The notes under the pieces: model-generated
Database searches by the model: none
What the model saw: the letters and a program-made list of their open reading frames with translations, nothing else
What the model was told of the DNA's origin: nothing
Part shown: positions 1-8,955 of the stretch, piece by piece
How positions within the stretch are numbered: position 1 is the stretch's first letter
Layout: the number at the start of each line of letters is the position of its first letter
Translations under genes and position numbers: made by a program
Assembly: GCA_000806155.1 (NCBI GenBank)
Contig: JWKX01000012.1
Location: 5,563-69,562 of the forward strand
Reading direction: 5' to 3'
DNA from: an archaeon GW2011_AR18
GTDB lineage: Archaea > Nanobdellota > Nanobdellia > SCGC-AAA011-G17 > GW2011-AR18
DNA length: 64,000 nucleotides

Positions 1-271
1 TCTGCTCCATTAGGTGTTTTTGTTGTTAGGCAGGCTGTTCGTAAAGTTTTAGTCTCTGAAAAATATGAATTTAATTCTAAGAAAGAGATGTTAGACTTTG
101 CAAGAAATTTAGTTTTAACTAAATTAAGATATGATATTAATGCTCAGTTAAAAAATAGTATTTTATTAAATAAGTTTAATTCTCAGACTAAACTGAATAA
201 TTTCTTTTAGACCCATCTGCTTAAAGCTGTTCCGATATCATTTAAGTGTGTAATATCATTCTTTATTCTTG

Positions 272-766
272 TTACCCATTTATTGTTTTCATATGAGAAT
301 AACCTATATCTTTTCTTTCATTTTTTTTATCATATTCATCAACAAATTTTCTTGCCCATCTATTGAACCTTTTTATGCAATCATTTTGCGATTCTCCATT
401 TGGAGGACAAAAGTTTGGGTTTTCATTATTTATTCTATCTAACATTTCTGGTGTGTATATCTCGCTTCTTAGTCTTCCTTCCCAATCACCCTGTGATCTC
501 TCAACGAGATTATAGTTATAATTTACTTTATTATAAGGAAAATTTATCACACATAACATTTCTTCTATTGATTGTCTGCATCTTAATATTGGTGAGGAAT
601 GTAGTTCATCAAATGATATCCCTTCAATATTTAACCTCTCTCCTAATGCTCTTAGCTGTTTTCTTCCTCTATTTGTTAACTTCATATTGAAAGATCTTCC
701 CCAGATTATTCTTGCATCTAGATTACTCTCAGCTTCTCCATGTCTCATTAGGTAAAAGTTTAGCAT
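272..766 (-). CDS. histidine phosphatase superfamily protein (phosphoglycerate mutase-like)
   Basis: N-terminal LMRHGEAESN (RHGE catalytic motif) and downstream SHM His motif; 164 aa. Confidence 0.6.
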   Translation of the reverse strand: MLNFYLMRHGEAESNLDARIIWGRSFNMKLTNRGRKQLRALGERLNIEGISFDELHSSPILRCRQSIEEMLCVINFPYNKVNYNYNLVERSQGDWEGRLRSEIYTPEMLDRINNENPNFCPPNGESQNDCIKRFNRWARKFVDEYDKKNERKDIGYSHMKTING

Positions 767-785
767 ATTCGTAAAAGTTTAATTT

Positions 786-1427
786 TTATACTGTACTGCT
801 TATAGGTCTTCTTAGTCTTCTTTCATTCATCAGATCAGGATGCAGTTCTTCCAATCTTTTTAGGTATCTTCTCTCTCTTTCTATCCAGCTCTCAACTTTT
901 CCATCTAGCCAGTTTACTATATTGTCATCAAGACTCTGTCTTCTTAATTCTCTCTTATAGCTTAATACATTCCCTAATTTGTTTAATATTGATACTGTTT
1001 CATATATATTTAATTTTATTATATCATCTGCTTCTATTTGTTCATTAGACTCATACCCTTTTAGGAATTGTTCTCTATCATGTTGGGATAGGTTGATTAT
1101 AGAATTTGCGACATCTAATAGTCTGTCTCCGCATACTCCTACTGGGTCTATGACATATAATTGTTGATCATTTCCTATCAATACATTTGCGGGATTATAA
1201 TCTAAGTGTAATATCCTTGGCACATGTTCTAGTTCATCTAGACCTTGCAGAAATTTTTCGATGTTGATTCCAAGATATGATTCTACAATATTTTTTCTTT
1301 TGCCATTTGATGCTCTTCCTATAAGAAATTCTCTCCAGCTGTTTCCTGTTCCTATTCCTAATTCTGGATCTATATTTCCTGTTCCTGTTCCTTGTGCTTT
1401 ATGCATGCATGATAATATTGTACCCAT
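786..1427 (-). pseudogene. C-terminal fragment of an APH/choline-kinase-like phosphotransferase disrupted by an IS insertion
   Basis: HLDYNPANVL catalytic loop and DPVGVCGDRLLDVA Mg-binding motif of the APH family; N-lobe missing here and found at 3726..4055; reading frame continues across the 8-bp duplication. Confidence 0.75.
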
Positions 1428-1461
1428 TTCTCTTTGTGGATATGAATCGCTGTCTAGTTTA

Positions 1462-1469
1462 TGATTTGG
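1462..1469. repeat. target-site duplication copy 1 (TGATTTGG)
   Basis: Identical 8-mer at 3739..3746 flanking the inserted element. Confidence 0.7.
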
Positions 1470-1717
1470 CTTTCTGTCACAAATTTAGGGCTTAATTAAC
1501 GTGTCAAGTGCGTGGCTAGAATATTATAAAATCTAATTTTTTATACAATATGTAAAAATTAATAGAAAGATATATAAAGGAGTAATACTCTATATTTATA
1601 GAGATGTTTACAGAAGTTTTAACATCTCCCTATTGGCTACCAACGTCTGCAGGTGTAGAACCGTCATCTTCCATTCCATGACGAAAAAATGATACTCACA
1701 TATGTGAGATAGGGAGA

Positions 1718-1987
1718 GTGTTGAGAATGGAAGTAAATGTCTCTGAAGGTTGCAAAGGCATATTACGTAAATTACTCAACCAAAATAGGATAGGTGGGAA
1801 GCATATTCCTGAATCCTTATGTATGTCTTGGATTAAACACCTACAGAAAAGAGAGCATAAAAATGCTGTTAAAGACTGGAAGTGGTGCATCAAAGAAGGC
1901 ATGGTTCTAACCAAACCAAAACCTTCAGACAGGCACGTATTTCTTAACCCTAAAAAGTTAAGAGAAATCCGAGAATTAATTGAGTAA
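1718..1987 (+). CDS. hypothetical protein (passenger ORF inside the IS element)
   Basis: 89-aa ORF with no recognizable motif. Confidence 0.25.
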   Translation: MLRMEVNVSEGCKGILRKLLNQNRIGGKHIPESLCMSWIKHLQKREHKNAVKDWKWCIKEGMVLTKPKPSDRHVFLNPKKLREIRELIE

Positions 1988-2070
1988 AAAAACGTAATAA
2001 AAAAACAACCTAAAGATGTCCCTCCGAACTTTGCCTAAGAGTTGGAGGGATATTCATATTTATATATTTT

Positions 2071-2430
2071 TTGGAAAGAAAAAAGGAGGCGATTAGATTG
2101 AGAGATGATAGGAGTACACAGGCAATGCAAAAGAAATGGGGGACATTTTGTGAAATATTTGGAGCAACACCAAGAAATAGAGCATTAGAATTTTTTTTAG
2201 AAATGAGAGGATTAGATTATACAATAGGTGATATAGCAAAAGAAACAGGAATGAACAGGGCAACAACATATAACACTATGGAAGAACTAATAAGAGAAGA
2301 ATTCATAAAACCAACAAGAAAAGTAAGCGGAGGACAATTATATACACTAAATTTAGAAAAAAAAGAAGTAAAAAAATTAGTTGAAGTATTCAACAAAGTA
2401 TTAAACAAAATAGTAAAAAATTACAAATAA
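2071..2430 (+). CDS. winged-helix HTH DNA-binding protein (IS-encoded)
   Basis: IGDIAKETGMNRATTYNTMEELI helix-turn-helix segment; 119 aa; immediately upstream of the transposase. Confidence 0.55.
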   Translation: MERKKEAIRLRDDRSTQAMQKKWGTFCEIFGATPRNRALEFFLEMRGLDYTIGDIAKETGMNRATTYNTMEELIREEFIKPTRKVSGGQLYTLNLEKKEVKKLVEVFNKVLNKIVKNYK

Positions 2431-2440
2431 AAAATATCAA

Positions 2441-2457
2441 GCAGGGCATAGCCCTGC
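2441..2457 (+). promoter_or_regulatory. perfect GC hairpin GCAGGGC-ATA-GCCCTGC just upstream of the transposase RBS/start
   Basis: 7-bp perfect stem with a 3-nt loop, unusual in AT-rich DNA, followed by AGGAAGG and ATG at 2471. Confidence 0.4.
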
Positions 2458-2470
2458 AGGAAGGACTAAA

Positions 2471-3724
2471 ATGCACGGCGAAGCACAATTTAATCCTCAA
2501 TCAGAGGAAAAGATAAATGAACTTAAAAGACTTTCTGAACTAAGAAAGGAGAGAGCAATAGCAATATTACATAAAGGAAAACCTAGTTTATTAGACAAAA
2601 ACACTTACCTAGTCCCATCAAGTGATGGAAAACATTCATATAAAGTAACACACTATGAAAATTATTCATGCGAGTGCAAAGACTTTAAAGAAAGATGTTT
2701 AAGAAACGGATTATTCTGTAAACATATTAATGCAATAATAATATTTTCTAAACTAAAAAACACGGTGGAATTACAAGATTACAATATTGAAAAGGAAATT
2801 AATAAAGAAGTCTGTTTCTATTGTAATTCAGAAAACATATTCAAGAGAGGAACAAGAACAACAAAAATAGGAACTAAACAATTATATTGCTGTAAAGATT
2901 GCAATAGAAGATTTACAATAGATGCGATAAAATATATCAAAGGAAACGCTAAATTAGTATGTCTAGCTATGGATTGCTACTACAAAGGAAATAGTTTAAG
3001 AGATATACAAGATATGTTTAAACAATTCTATAATTTAGAAGTTAGTCATGAAACTGTTAGAAGGTGGATAGTAAGATTTACTAAAATAATGGAAGATTAT
3101 ACAAGAGAACTAAAACCACAAGTAAGCGATAGATGGCATATAGACGAACAAAAAATAAAAGTAGGAAAAGAATGGTTATGGAGTTGGAATGCAATAGATA
3201 AAGATACTAAATTCTGGATAGCTAATAATGTAACTGAACAAAGAAGCATTAAAGACGCAAGAACATTACTAAAACAGACAAAAGAAAACGTAAAAGAAAT
3301 ACCAAAACATTTAGAGATAGTAACAGATGGTTTACATTCTTACAAGAAAGCAATAAAGAAAGAATTCAAAACACACAAAGACAGACTAAACAGACCATAT
3401 AATAATAGTGTATTACATATAGGAAAAGCAGGAATAAGAAAACCAATAAACAATAATATGGTAGAAAGATTAAACGGAGAATTCAGAGAATTTGACAAAG
3501 TAAGAAGAGGATTCTATGCTAAAGATACAGCACAAGACAACCTAAACGGAATGAGACTATATCATAATTTCATAAAAAAGAACATGGCTTTAAATGGATT
3601 AAGCCCATACGAAAAAGCAAATATAGACTTAAAACTAGAAAATAACAGGTGGCTAAGCTTACTAAATAAAAGCATAAAAGCCACACAAGTGACAAAACAA
3701 AAAGAAACAAAAGAAAGCCACTAA
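2471..3724 (+). CDS. IS6-family DDE transposase with N-terminal SWIM/zinc-finger extension
   Basis: WHIDEQKIKVGKEWLWSWNAID (D), VTDGLHSYKKAI (D) and MVERLNGEFRE (E) match the IS6/IS26 DDE core. N-terminal region has CxC...CxH and CxxC...CxxC zinc fingers. Confidence 0.8.
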   Translation: MHGEAQFNPQSEEKINELKRLSELRKERAIAILHKGKPSLLDKNTYLVPSSDGKHSYKVTHYENYSCECKDFKERCLRNGLFCKHINAIIIFSKLKNTVELQDYNIEKEINKEVCFYCNSENIFKRGTRTTKIGTKQLYCCKDCNRRFTIDAIKYIKGNAKLVCLAMDCYYKGNSLRDIQDMFKQFYNLEVSHETVRRWIVRFTKIMEDYTRELKPQVSDRWHIDEQKIKVGKEWLWSWNAIDKDTKFWIANNVTEQRSIKDARTLLKQTKENVKEIPKHLEIVTDGLHSYKKAIKKEFKTHKDRLNRPYNNSVLHIGKAGIRKPINNNMVERLNGEFREFDKVRRGFYAKDTAQDNLNGMRLYHNFIKKNMALNGLSPYEKANIDLKLENNRWLSLLNKSIKATQVTKQKETKESH

Positions 3725-3725
3725 T

Positions 3726-4055
3726 TTAAGACATTAAGTGATTTGGTACATATTCATATACAATTGCCTCAGTATCCCAATATCTATGTGTGTTATCAAA
3801 ATGTATATCTCCTGGAACATTAATTCCCATTGATTTATAAATTTGTAAAGTGAATCTTTCCCTATCAAAATCAGATGATGCACCCTCTCTAACCTTTAAA
3901 ACTAGTTCTGGTGCAGAATCATGATCCTTCATTAATAAGAAATTATAATTTACACAAGGATCAGATACTGGTGCTATTGAATTCATTCCAAAGTTTATGC
4001 TGGCATACCTTCTGGCTTTATCATATACTATTGCATTTTTTTCAGGAGTTTTCAT
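3726..4055 (-). pseudogene. N-terminal fragment of the same APH-like kinase (N-lobe)
   Basis: LVLKV (beta3 Lys), GINVP and IVYEYVPN hinge motifs of the APH/ChoK N-lobe; in frame with 786..1427 once the element is removed. Confidence 0.7.
3739..3746. repeat. target-site duplication copy 2 (TGATTTGG)
   Basis: Same 8-mer as 1462..1469. Confidence 0.7.
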
Positions 4056-4176
4056 TTTATCTCTTATTAGCTATAAATATATTATATCTTTTAATTACTT
4101 AATAACAGGCTATATAGTCTATATCTTTTTGATAGTAGTTCAAAATCTTTATATAGTGATTATTATTAAAAATTTC

Positions 4177-5289
4177 ATGCCTGATTTAAAAGAGAAAGCT
4201 GAGGAAATTCTTGCTCTAGCTGATATTAAGATTAATGGTTCTCGTCCTTGGGATATTAAAGTTAATAGTGATGAATTCTATAATATGGTGTTTGCTCATG
4301 GTTCTTTAGGTTTTGGTGAATCTTACATGGATGGTTTGTGGGATTGTAAAAAACTTGATGAACTTATCAATAAGATTTTTTTAGCTAAATTAAATAAGAA
4401 AGTTGTCCCTTTTTCTCTTATTTTTCCAGGATTGAAGGCTAAATTATTGAATATGCAAACTAAATCTAAGTCTAAAATTGTTGCTGAGCAGCATTATGAT
4501 CTTGGTAATGATTTTTATTCAGCTATGCTTGGTAATTCTATGCAGTATACCTGTGCTTATTGGAAGAATGCTAAGACTTTGGATCAGGCTCAGTTTAATA
4601 AGTTAGACTTAGTATGTAAGAAGCTTAATCTTAAGAAAGGTGATAAAGTTCTTGAGTTAGGCTGTGGTTGGGGTTATCTTGCTAAATTTATGGCTGAGAA
4701 TTATGGTTGTGAAGTTACTGCTTATAATATTTCTGAAGAACAAGTTAAATTCGCTAAAGGATTATGTAAAGGTTTGAAAGTGAATATAGTTAAAGCTGAT
4801 TATAGAGAAGCAGAAGGTGTTTTTGATAAAGTTGTATCTATTGGTTTATGTGAACATATTGGTTACAAGAATTATAGAGTTTTCATGGAATTAGCTGATA
4901 GATGTTTGAAACCTCACGGGTTGTTCTTATTGCATACTATTGGTGGTAGCAGGTCTGTTACTCATACTGATCCTTGGATTGAAAAATATATTTTCCCTAA
5001 TTCTATGCTTCCTTCTGTTAAACAGCTTTCAAGTGCTATGGAAGACTTATTTGTTATGGAAGACTGGCATAATTTCGGTGCTTATTATGATAGGACATTA
5101 TTAGCTTGGAATGATAATTTTGAGAAGAACTGGCCTAAGTTTAAAGATCAGTATGGTGAAAAGTTTTACAGAATGTGGAAGTTTTATTTATTATCTTGTG
5201 CTGCCTCTTTCCGTTGCAGGAAAAATCAATTATGGCAGATTGTATTGTCTAAAGATGGTATTTCAAACGGATACACTTCTGTAAGGTAA
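4177..5289 (+). CDS. cfa: cyclopropane-fatty-acyl-phospholipid synthase family SAM-dependent methyltransferase
   Basis: HYDLGNDFY, VLELGCGWG SAM motif, C-terminal YLLSCAASFRCRKNQLWQIVL Cfa signature. Start placed at M61 of the track ORF (MPDLKEK) so it does not overlap the kinase fragment. Confidence 0.8.
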   Translation: MPDLKEKAEEILALADIKINGSRPWDIKVNSDEFYNMVFAHGSLGFGESYMDGLWDCKKLDELINKIFLAKLNKKVVPFSLIFPGLKAKLLNMQTKSKSKIVAEQHYDLGNDFYSAMLGNSMQYTCAYWKNAKTLDQAQFNKLDLVCKKLNLKKGDKVLELGCGWGYLAKFMAENYGCEVTAYNISEEQVKFAKGLCKGLKVNIVKADYREAEGVFDKVVSIGLCEHIGYKNYRVFMELADRCLKPHGLFLLHTIGGSRSVTHTDPWIEKYIFPNSMLPSVKQLSSAMEDLFVMEDWHNFGAYYDRTLLAWNDNFEKNWPKFKDQYGEKFYRMWKFYLLSCAASFRCRKNQLWQIVLSKDGISNGYTSVR

Positions 5290-5295
5290 ATTATT

Positions 5296-6654
5296 ATGAT
5301 AGGAATTCAAGAGTATATTAAGAAAAAACAGAACATTATACTAGAACTAAAAAATTCTAATAGTGATTCTATTTCTATTAATAAGAAAACCTCTAATTTG
5401 TTTAGGTCTAGGGATAATTCTAGTAGTAAGATTAATGTTAAGGATTTTAATAATGTTATATCTATAGATACTCATAATCTTGTTGCTGAAGTTGAGGGTA
5501 TGTGTACTTACGAAACTTTAGTTGATGAATGTCTTAAGTTTAATCTGATGCCTGCTGTTGTTCCTGAATTGAAGACTATTACTATTGGTGGTGCTTCTAC
5601 TGGTGTAGGTATTGAATCTTCATCTTTCAAGTTTGGTTTTGTTCACGAAACTATTCTAGAAATGGAAGTTTTGTTGTCTGATGGTTCTGTTGTGTTATGT
5701 AATGATAAAAGTAATAAAGATTTATTCTTTGGTTTTCCCAACTCTTATGGTACTTTCGGTTATGCTTTAAAAATTAAAGTTAAATTAGTTCCTGTAAAAA
5801 AATTTGTTAGATTAAACCATATTAAATATTCTGATTCTAAAAAATTTTTCTATGATCTGAATAAGTTTTGTTTACAATATAGAAATGACAATTTAGTTGA
5901 TTTTATTGATGGCGTTGTTTTTAACGAGAATGATATGTATATTACTTTAGCTAATTTTGTTGATGAAGCTTCTTTCATATCAGACTATAAGTTTATGAAT
6001 ATTTATTACAAATCAATTAAAGAAAAAGATGTTGACTACTTAACTGCTTTAGATTATATCTGGCGTTGGGATTATGATTGGTTCTGGTGTTCTAAACATT
6101 TCTTAGTGCAGAATAAGTTATTTAGGTTATTATTAGGTAAATTCATGCTCAAATCTAGTAAATACTGGAAGATTATGTTCTTTAACAGAAAATACAAATT
6201 AACTGAAAAGTTCGAGAAAGTTTTCGGAAAAAAATATTTTACAGAAAGTGTTGTTCAGGATGTTGAGATTCCAGTTAAGAATGCTGTTAAATTTTTAGAT
6301 TTTTTTAATAAAGATATTGGTATTAAACCAGTATGGGTTTGTCCTGCTATGAAATATAATCGTAAAGTAGATTATTCTTTATATTCTACAGATCATGATA
6401 CTTTATACATTAACTTTGGTTTCTGGGATGTTGTTAAGACTAAAGAACAATTTCCAGTAGGTTATTTTAACAAGAAAATAGAATCTATGGTTAAAAAACT
6501 TCATGGCAAGAAATCTTTATATTCAGATTCTTTCTATAATGAAGAAGAATTTTGGGAATTATATAATTCTAAAGTTTATTCTAAGTTAAAGAAAAAGTAT
6601 GATTCTCTAAAAAAATTAAAAACTCTTTATCAGAAATGTGTTTTAAGGAAGTAA
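5296..6654 (+). CDS. FAD-binding (PCMH-type) oxidoreductase, TmsA/BfaA/DHCR24-like
   Basis: FAD-binding domain motifs TITIGGASTGVGIESSSFKFG and GTFGYALKIKVKL; 452 aa; 7 nt downstream of cfa on the same strand. Confidence 0.6.
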   Translation: MIGIQEYIKKKQNIILELKNSNSDSISINKKTSNLFRSRDNSSSKINVKDFNNVISIDTHNLVAEVEGMCTYETLVDECLKFNLMPAVVPELKTITIGGASTGVGIESSSFKFGFVHETILEMEVLLSDGSVVLCNDKSNKDLFFGFPNSYGTFGYALKIKVKLVPVKKFVRLNHIKYSDSKKFFYDLNKFCLQYRNDNLVDFIDGVVFNENDMYITLANFVDEASFISDYKFMNIYYKSIKEKDVDYLTALDYIWRWDYDWFWCSKHFLVQNKLFRLLLGKFMLKSSKYWKIMFFNRKYKLTEKFEKVFGKKYFTESVVQDVEIPVKNAVKFLDFFNKDIGIKPVWVCPAMKYNRKVDYSLYSTDHDTLYINFGFWDVVKTKEQFPVGYFNKKIESMVKKLHGKKSLYSDSFYNEEEFWELYNSKVYSKLKKKYDSLKKLKTLYQKCVLRK

Positions 6655-6656
6655 TT

Positions 6657-7661
6657 TTAGAATAATTTTTTATAACCTCTTTTTTGCATTTCTTTTAATA
6701 ATCCTTTTCTAAACTTTTCTATTTCAGTTATTGTTTTTTCTAATATTTCTATATTCTCATTTATTGCTTCATTTAATACATTAATTTTATCTATATCTTC
6801 ATTGTATTTTTTATTAAATTCCTCAGAAAATGATAATAACCTATTATTTAATTCAAAAAGTTTATTTTCCTCTTCCAATAAATTTCTTGTGCCATTTAAT
6901 AGACCTTCTATTAGTCCTAAAAGGCAATTGTATAATATTTCTTTAGCTTGATTATAGGTTATTTCTATAGAAGAATATCCATCCATATATTTTTTTCGCA
7001 GTTTATCTTGATAAGTTTTATAATTTGTTGTAGCCTTAACAATTTCATCAAGTATTTCAGAATCAGCTATTAATTCTTTATAATCATCTACACCGTCAGG
7101 AGCAGGCTCCCATTTAGAACCAGCTAATGTGTCAAAAAGATTATAAGTTGATCCAACATTATCACTAAATGCATTCGGTTCTCTTTCTCTATGGAGAATA
7201 TCTAGTCGATTTATATAAGCTTTTATTGTTTTATCTAATTTAGAAATAAATATTCGAAGTTCCTTTTCTGAAAAATCTAATCCAGCATTCATACTACGAT
7301 TTTCACTATCTTTTGGCAACGACCTACTAATTACCCATTTGATTAATGAATCTTCATCCGAATATTTCCAATTAAGGTTATGGATGGATAAATTAACTCT
7401 TAATTCACTTATTATTTCCTCAGCAACCTTTTCTGCAGTTATTAACTCTTTTTTTTCTCCAGCTAATTTTTTTAATACATCTGGTGTTGGACTAGGCGTA
7501 TGTCTTGATGTAGTAGTTGTTTGCAAAATAATTTTTTGTTCTCTAATTTTTTGTTCTACTATTTCTTCTTGTCTATTTATACTATTTAAAACAGCTACTG
7601 CGGCTGCTAGTAATGTTGCTCCTACAAATAGTTTATTCCTCTTTTTCTTTAACCAACTCAT
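6657..7661 (-). CDS. hypothetical membrane-anchored coiled-coil protein
   Basis: N-terminal TM segment, T/P-rich linker, long coiled-coil C-terminus. Confidence 0.4.
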   Translation of the reverse strand: MSWLKKKRNKLFVGATLLAAAVAVLNSINRQEEIVEQKIREQKIILQTTTTSRHTPSPTPDVLKKLAGEKKELITAEKVAEEIISELRVNLSIHNLNWKYSDEDSLIKWVISRSLPKDSENRSMNAGLDFSEKELRIFISKLDKTIKAYINRLDILHREREPNAFSDNVGSTYNLFDTLAGSKWEPAPDGVDDYKELIADSEILDEIVKATTNYKTYQDKLRKKYMDGYSSIEITYNQAKEILYNCLLGLIEGLLNGTRNLLEEENKLFELNNRLLSFSEEFNKKYNEDIDKINVLNEAINENIEILEKTITEIEKFRKGLLKEMQKRGYKKLF

Positions 7662-7698
7662 ATAACTTTAATGTATGTTTAATATTTAAATTCTTCTT

Positions 7699-8955
7699 TT
7701 AATAAACACCATAAGGATATGATGGGTAATAATTGGGCTTATCCAAGTATGAAAATAAAAACACTATTATCATAGTTAGTATTATTGCTGTTCCTATAAA
7801 TACCACTATATAATTTAAGCTTTGTATTGGTTTGTACTTTATTCCAAAGTATATTGCTGGTCCAAATAGTAATGCTAATGTTAATAGTCCTAGCATTAAT
7901 CCTATTATTAGTATGAATATGTGATATTGATAGTAACGATTCATTTGGCCTAATAATATTACAAATACTGTCCATAGTCCTGTATTTATTGTTGCTGCGA
8001 TTAATCCTGCTATTATTGCTTTTGAATTATCATTTCCTTTTCTCAATAATTTTATTGCTTTTATTATTCCAAATATTACTCCTAGTAATAATAAGAGTCC
8101 TATTATTGTAAATATTGCTACTTTTCCTTTGTTTAGCGCTATCCATGATTCTGAATATTTTCCATTTACTTTTAAACTCTCTAGCGGATCTAGTGATGAT
8201 GCTGTTTTTACATAACTCCCATCTCCGACATAATTTATATTGCTTGAGATGATTGAGCTTTCAGCAGAACTTAATGTTTGTTTTGTTAATACAGGTATTA
8301 AGTTATTGTTTAGATATTGTACATTGCTTTTTCCTTCATTGAGGTATAATCCATTATTAACATTTATTCCTACTTTTACATGTTCTGTATCATAATATGT
8401 TTTTATTGTCTCAAAATTATAATTATATACTCCGGATTCTTTTGTTGTATAATCTTTCGCTTTATAATATACTATTATCTGTGTATCTTCTTGTGTATAT
8501 ACTGGTACACGAAGGTTTAGGCCTAGTAGTATTGAGTTTGATGTTACATGTTGTTTATAAGCTACTGTTGAATATTTTGGTGTATAATCTTTTTGTGTTG
8601 AATACTCTAAACATTTTGTCGCTGGTAATGTAGTAACATCGTTTGTTAATGGTATTGGTTCGTAATAATCATATCTTATACAAACCTCTTTATAATTATA
8701 ATATTGCTGTACTATATTTATTATCCTTATATTATTTCCTGGTATTTCAAGTTTTATTGCATTTAATGCTGTTCCCTTTATATTCTTAAAGTTTAGTCTT
8801 GCTACTACAGAAGCCTCTCCCTCATTATCAAAATTTACTGTATAATATTGTGAGCTTAATCCGTCTTGTGGGTTATATTCTGGTGGTGCTATACTTAATC
8901 CTAGAACCTGTGGTATTAATAATATTAACATTAATAATAGTATTTTGATTTTCAT
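7699..8955 (-). CDS. hypothetical secreted/polytopic membrane protein
   Basis: Signal peptide MKIKILLLMLILLIPQVLG, about 300-aa extracellular region, four C-terminal TM helices. Start ATG overlaps the upstream stop (ATGA). Confidence 0.45.
   Translation of the reverse strand: MKIKILLLMLILLIPQVLGLSIAPPEYNPQDGLSSQYYTVNFDNEGEASVVARLNFKNIKGTALNAIKLEIPGNNIRIINIVQQYYNYKEVCIRYDYYEPIPLTNDVTTLPATKCLEYSTQKDYTPKYSTVAYKQHVTSNSILLGLNLRVPVYTQEDTQIIVYYKAKDYTTKESGVYNYNFETIKTYYDTEHVKVGINVNNGLYLNEGKSNVQYLNNNLIPVLTKQTLSSAESSIISSNINYVGDGSYVKTASSLDPLESLKVNGKYSESWIALNKGKVAIFTIIGLLLLLGVIFGIIKAIKLLRKGNDNSKAIIAGLIAATINTGLWTVFVILLGQMNRYYQYHIFILIIGLMLGLLTLALLFGPAIYFGIKYKPIQSLNYIVVFIGTAIILTMIIVFLFSYLDKPNYYPSYPYGVY

Larger units (their letters stand above)
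1470..3738 (+). mobile_element. IS6-family-like insertion element (2.27 kb) carrying a wHTH gene and a zinc-finger DDE transposase
   Basis: Flanked by the 8-bp direct repeat TGATTTGG. Imperfect terminal inverted repeats (left CTTTCTGTCACAAATTTAGGGCTT, right rc CTTAATGTCTTAAATTAGTGGCTTT). The element splits a kinase ORF in frame. Its genes show an A-rich third codon position unlike the host genes. Confidence 0.75.

Noticed and set aside
400-690. ORF 400..690(+), 96 aa
   Set aside because: Antisense to the histidine phosphatase gene; a hydrophobic low-complexity artifact.
3997-4176. The first 60 codons of track ORF 3997..5289 as an N-terminal TM extension of Cfa
   Set aside because: They overlap the kinase N-terminal fragment on the other strand and are hydrophobic junk. 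Cfa homologs begin near MPDLKEK (4177).
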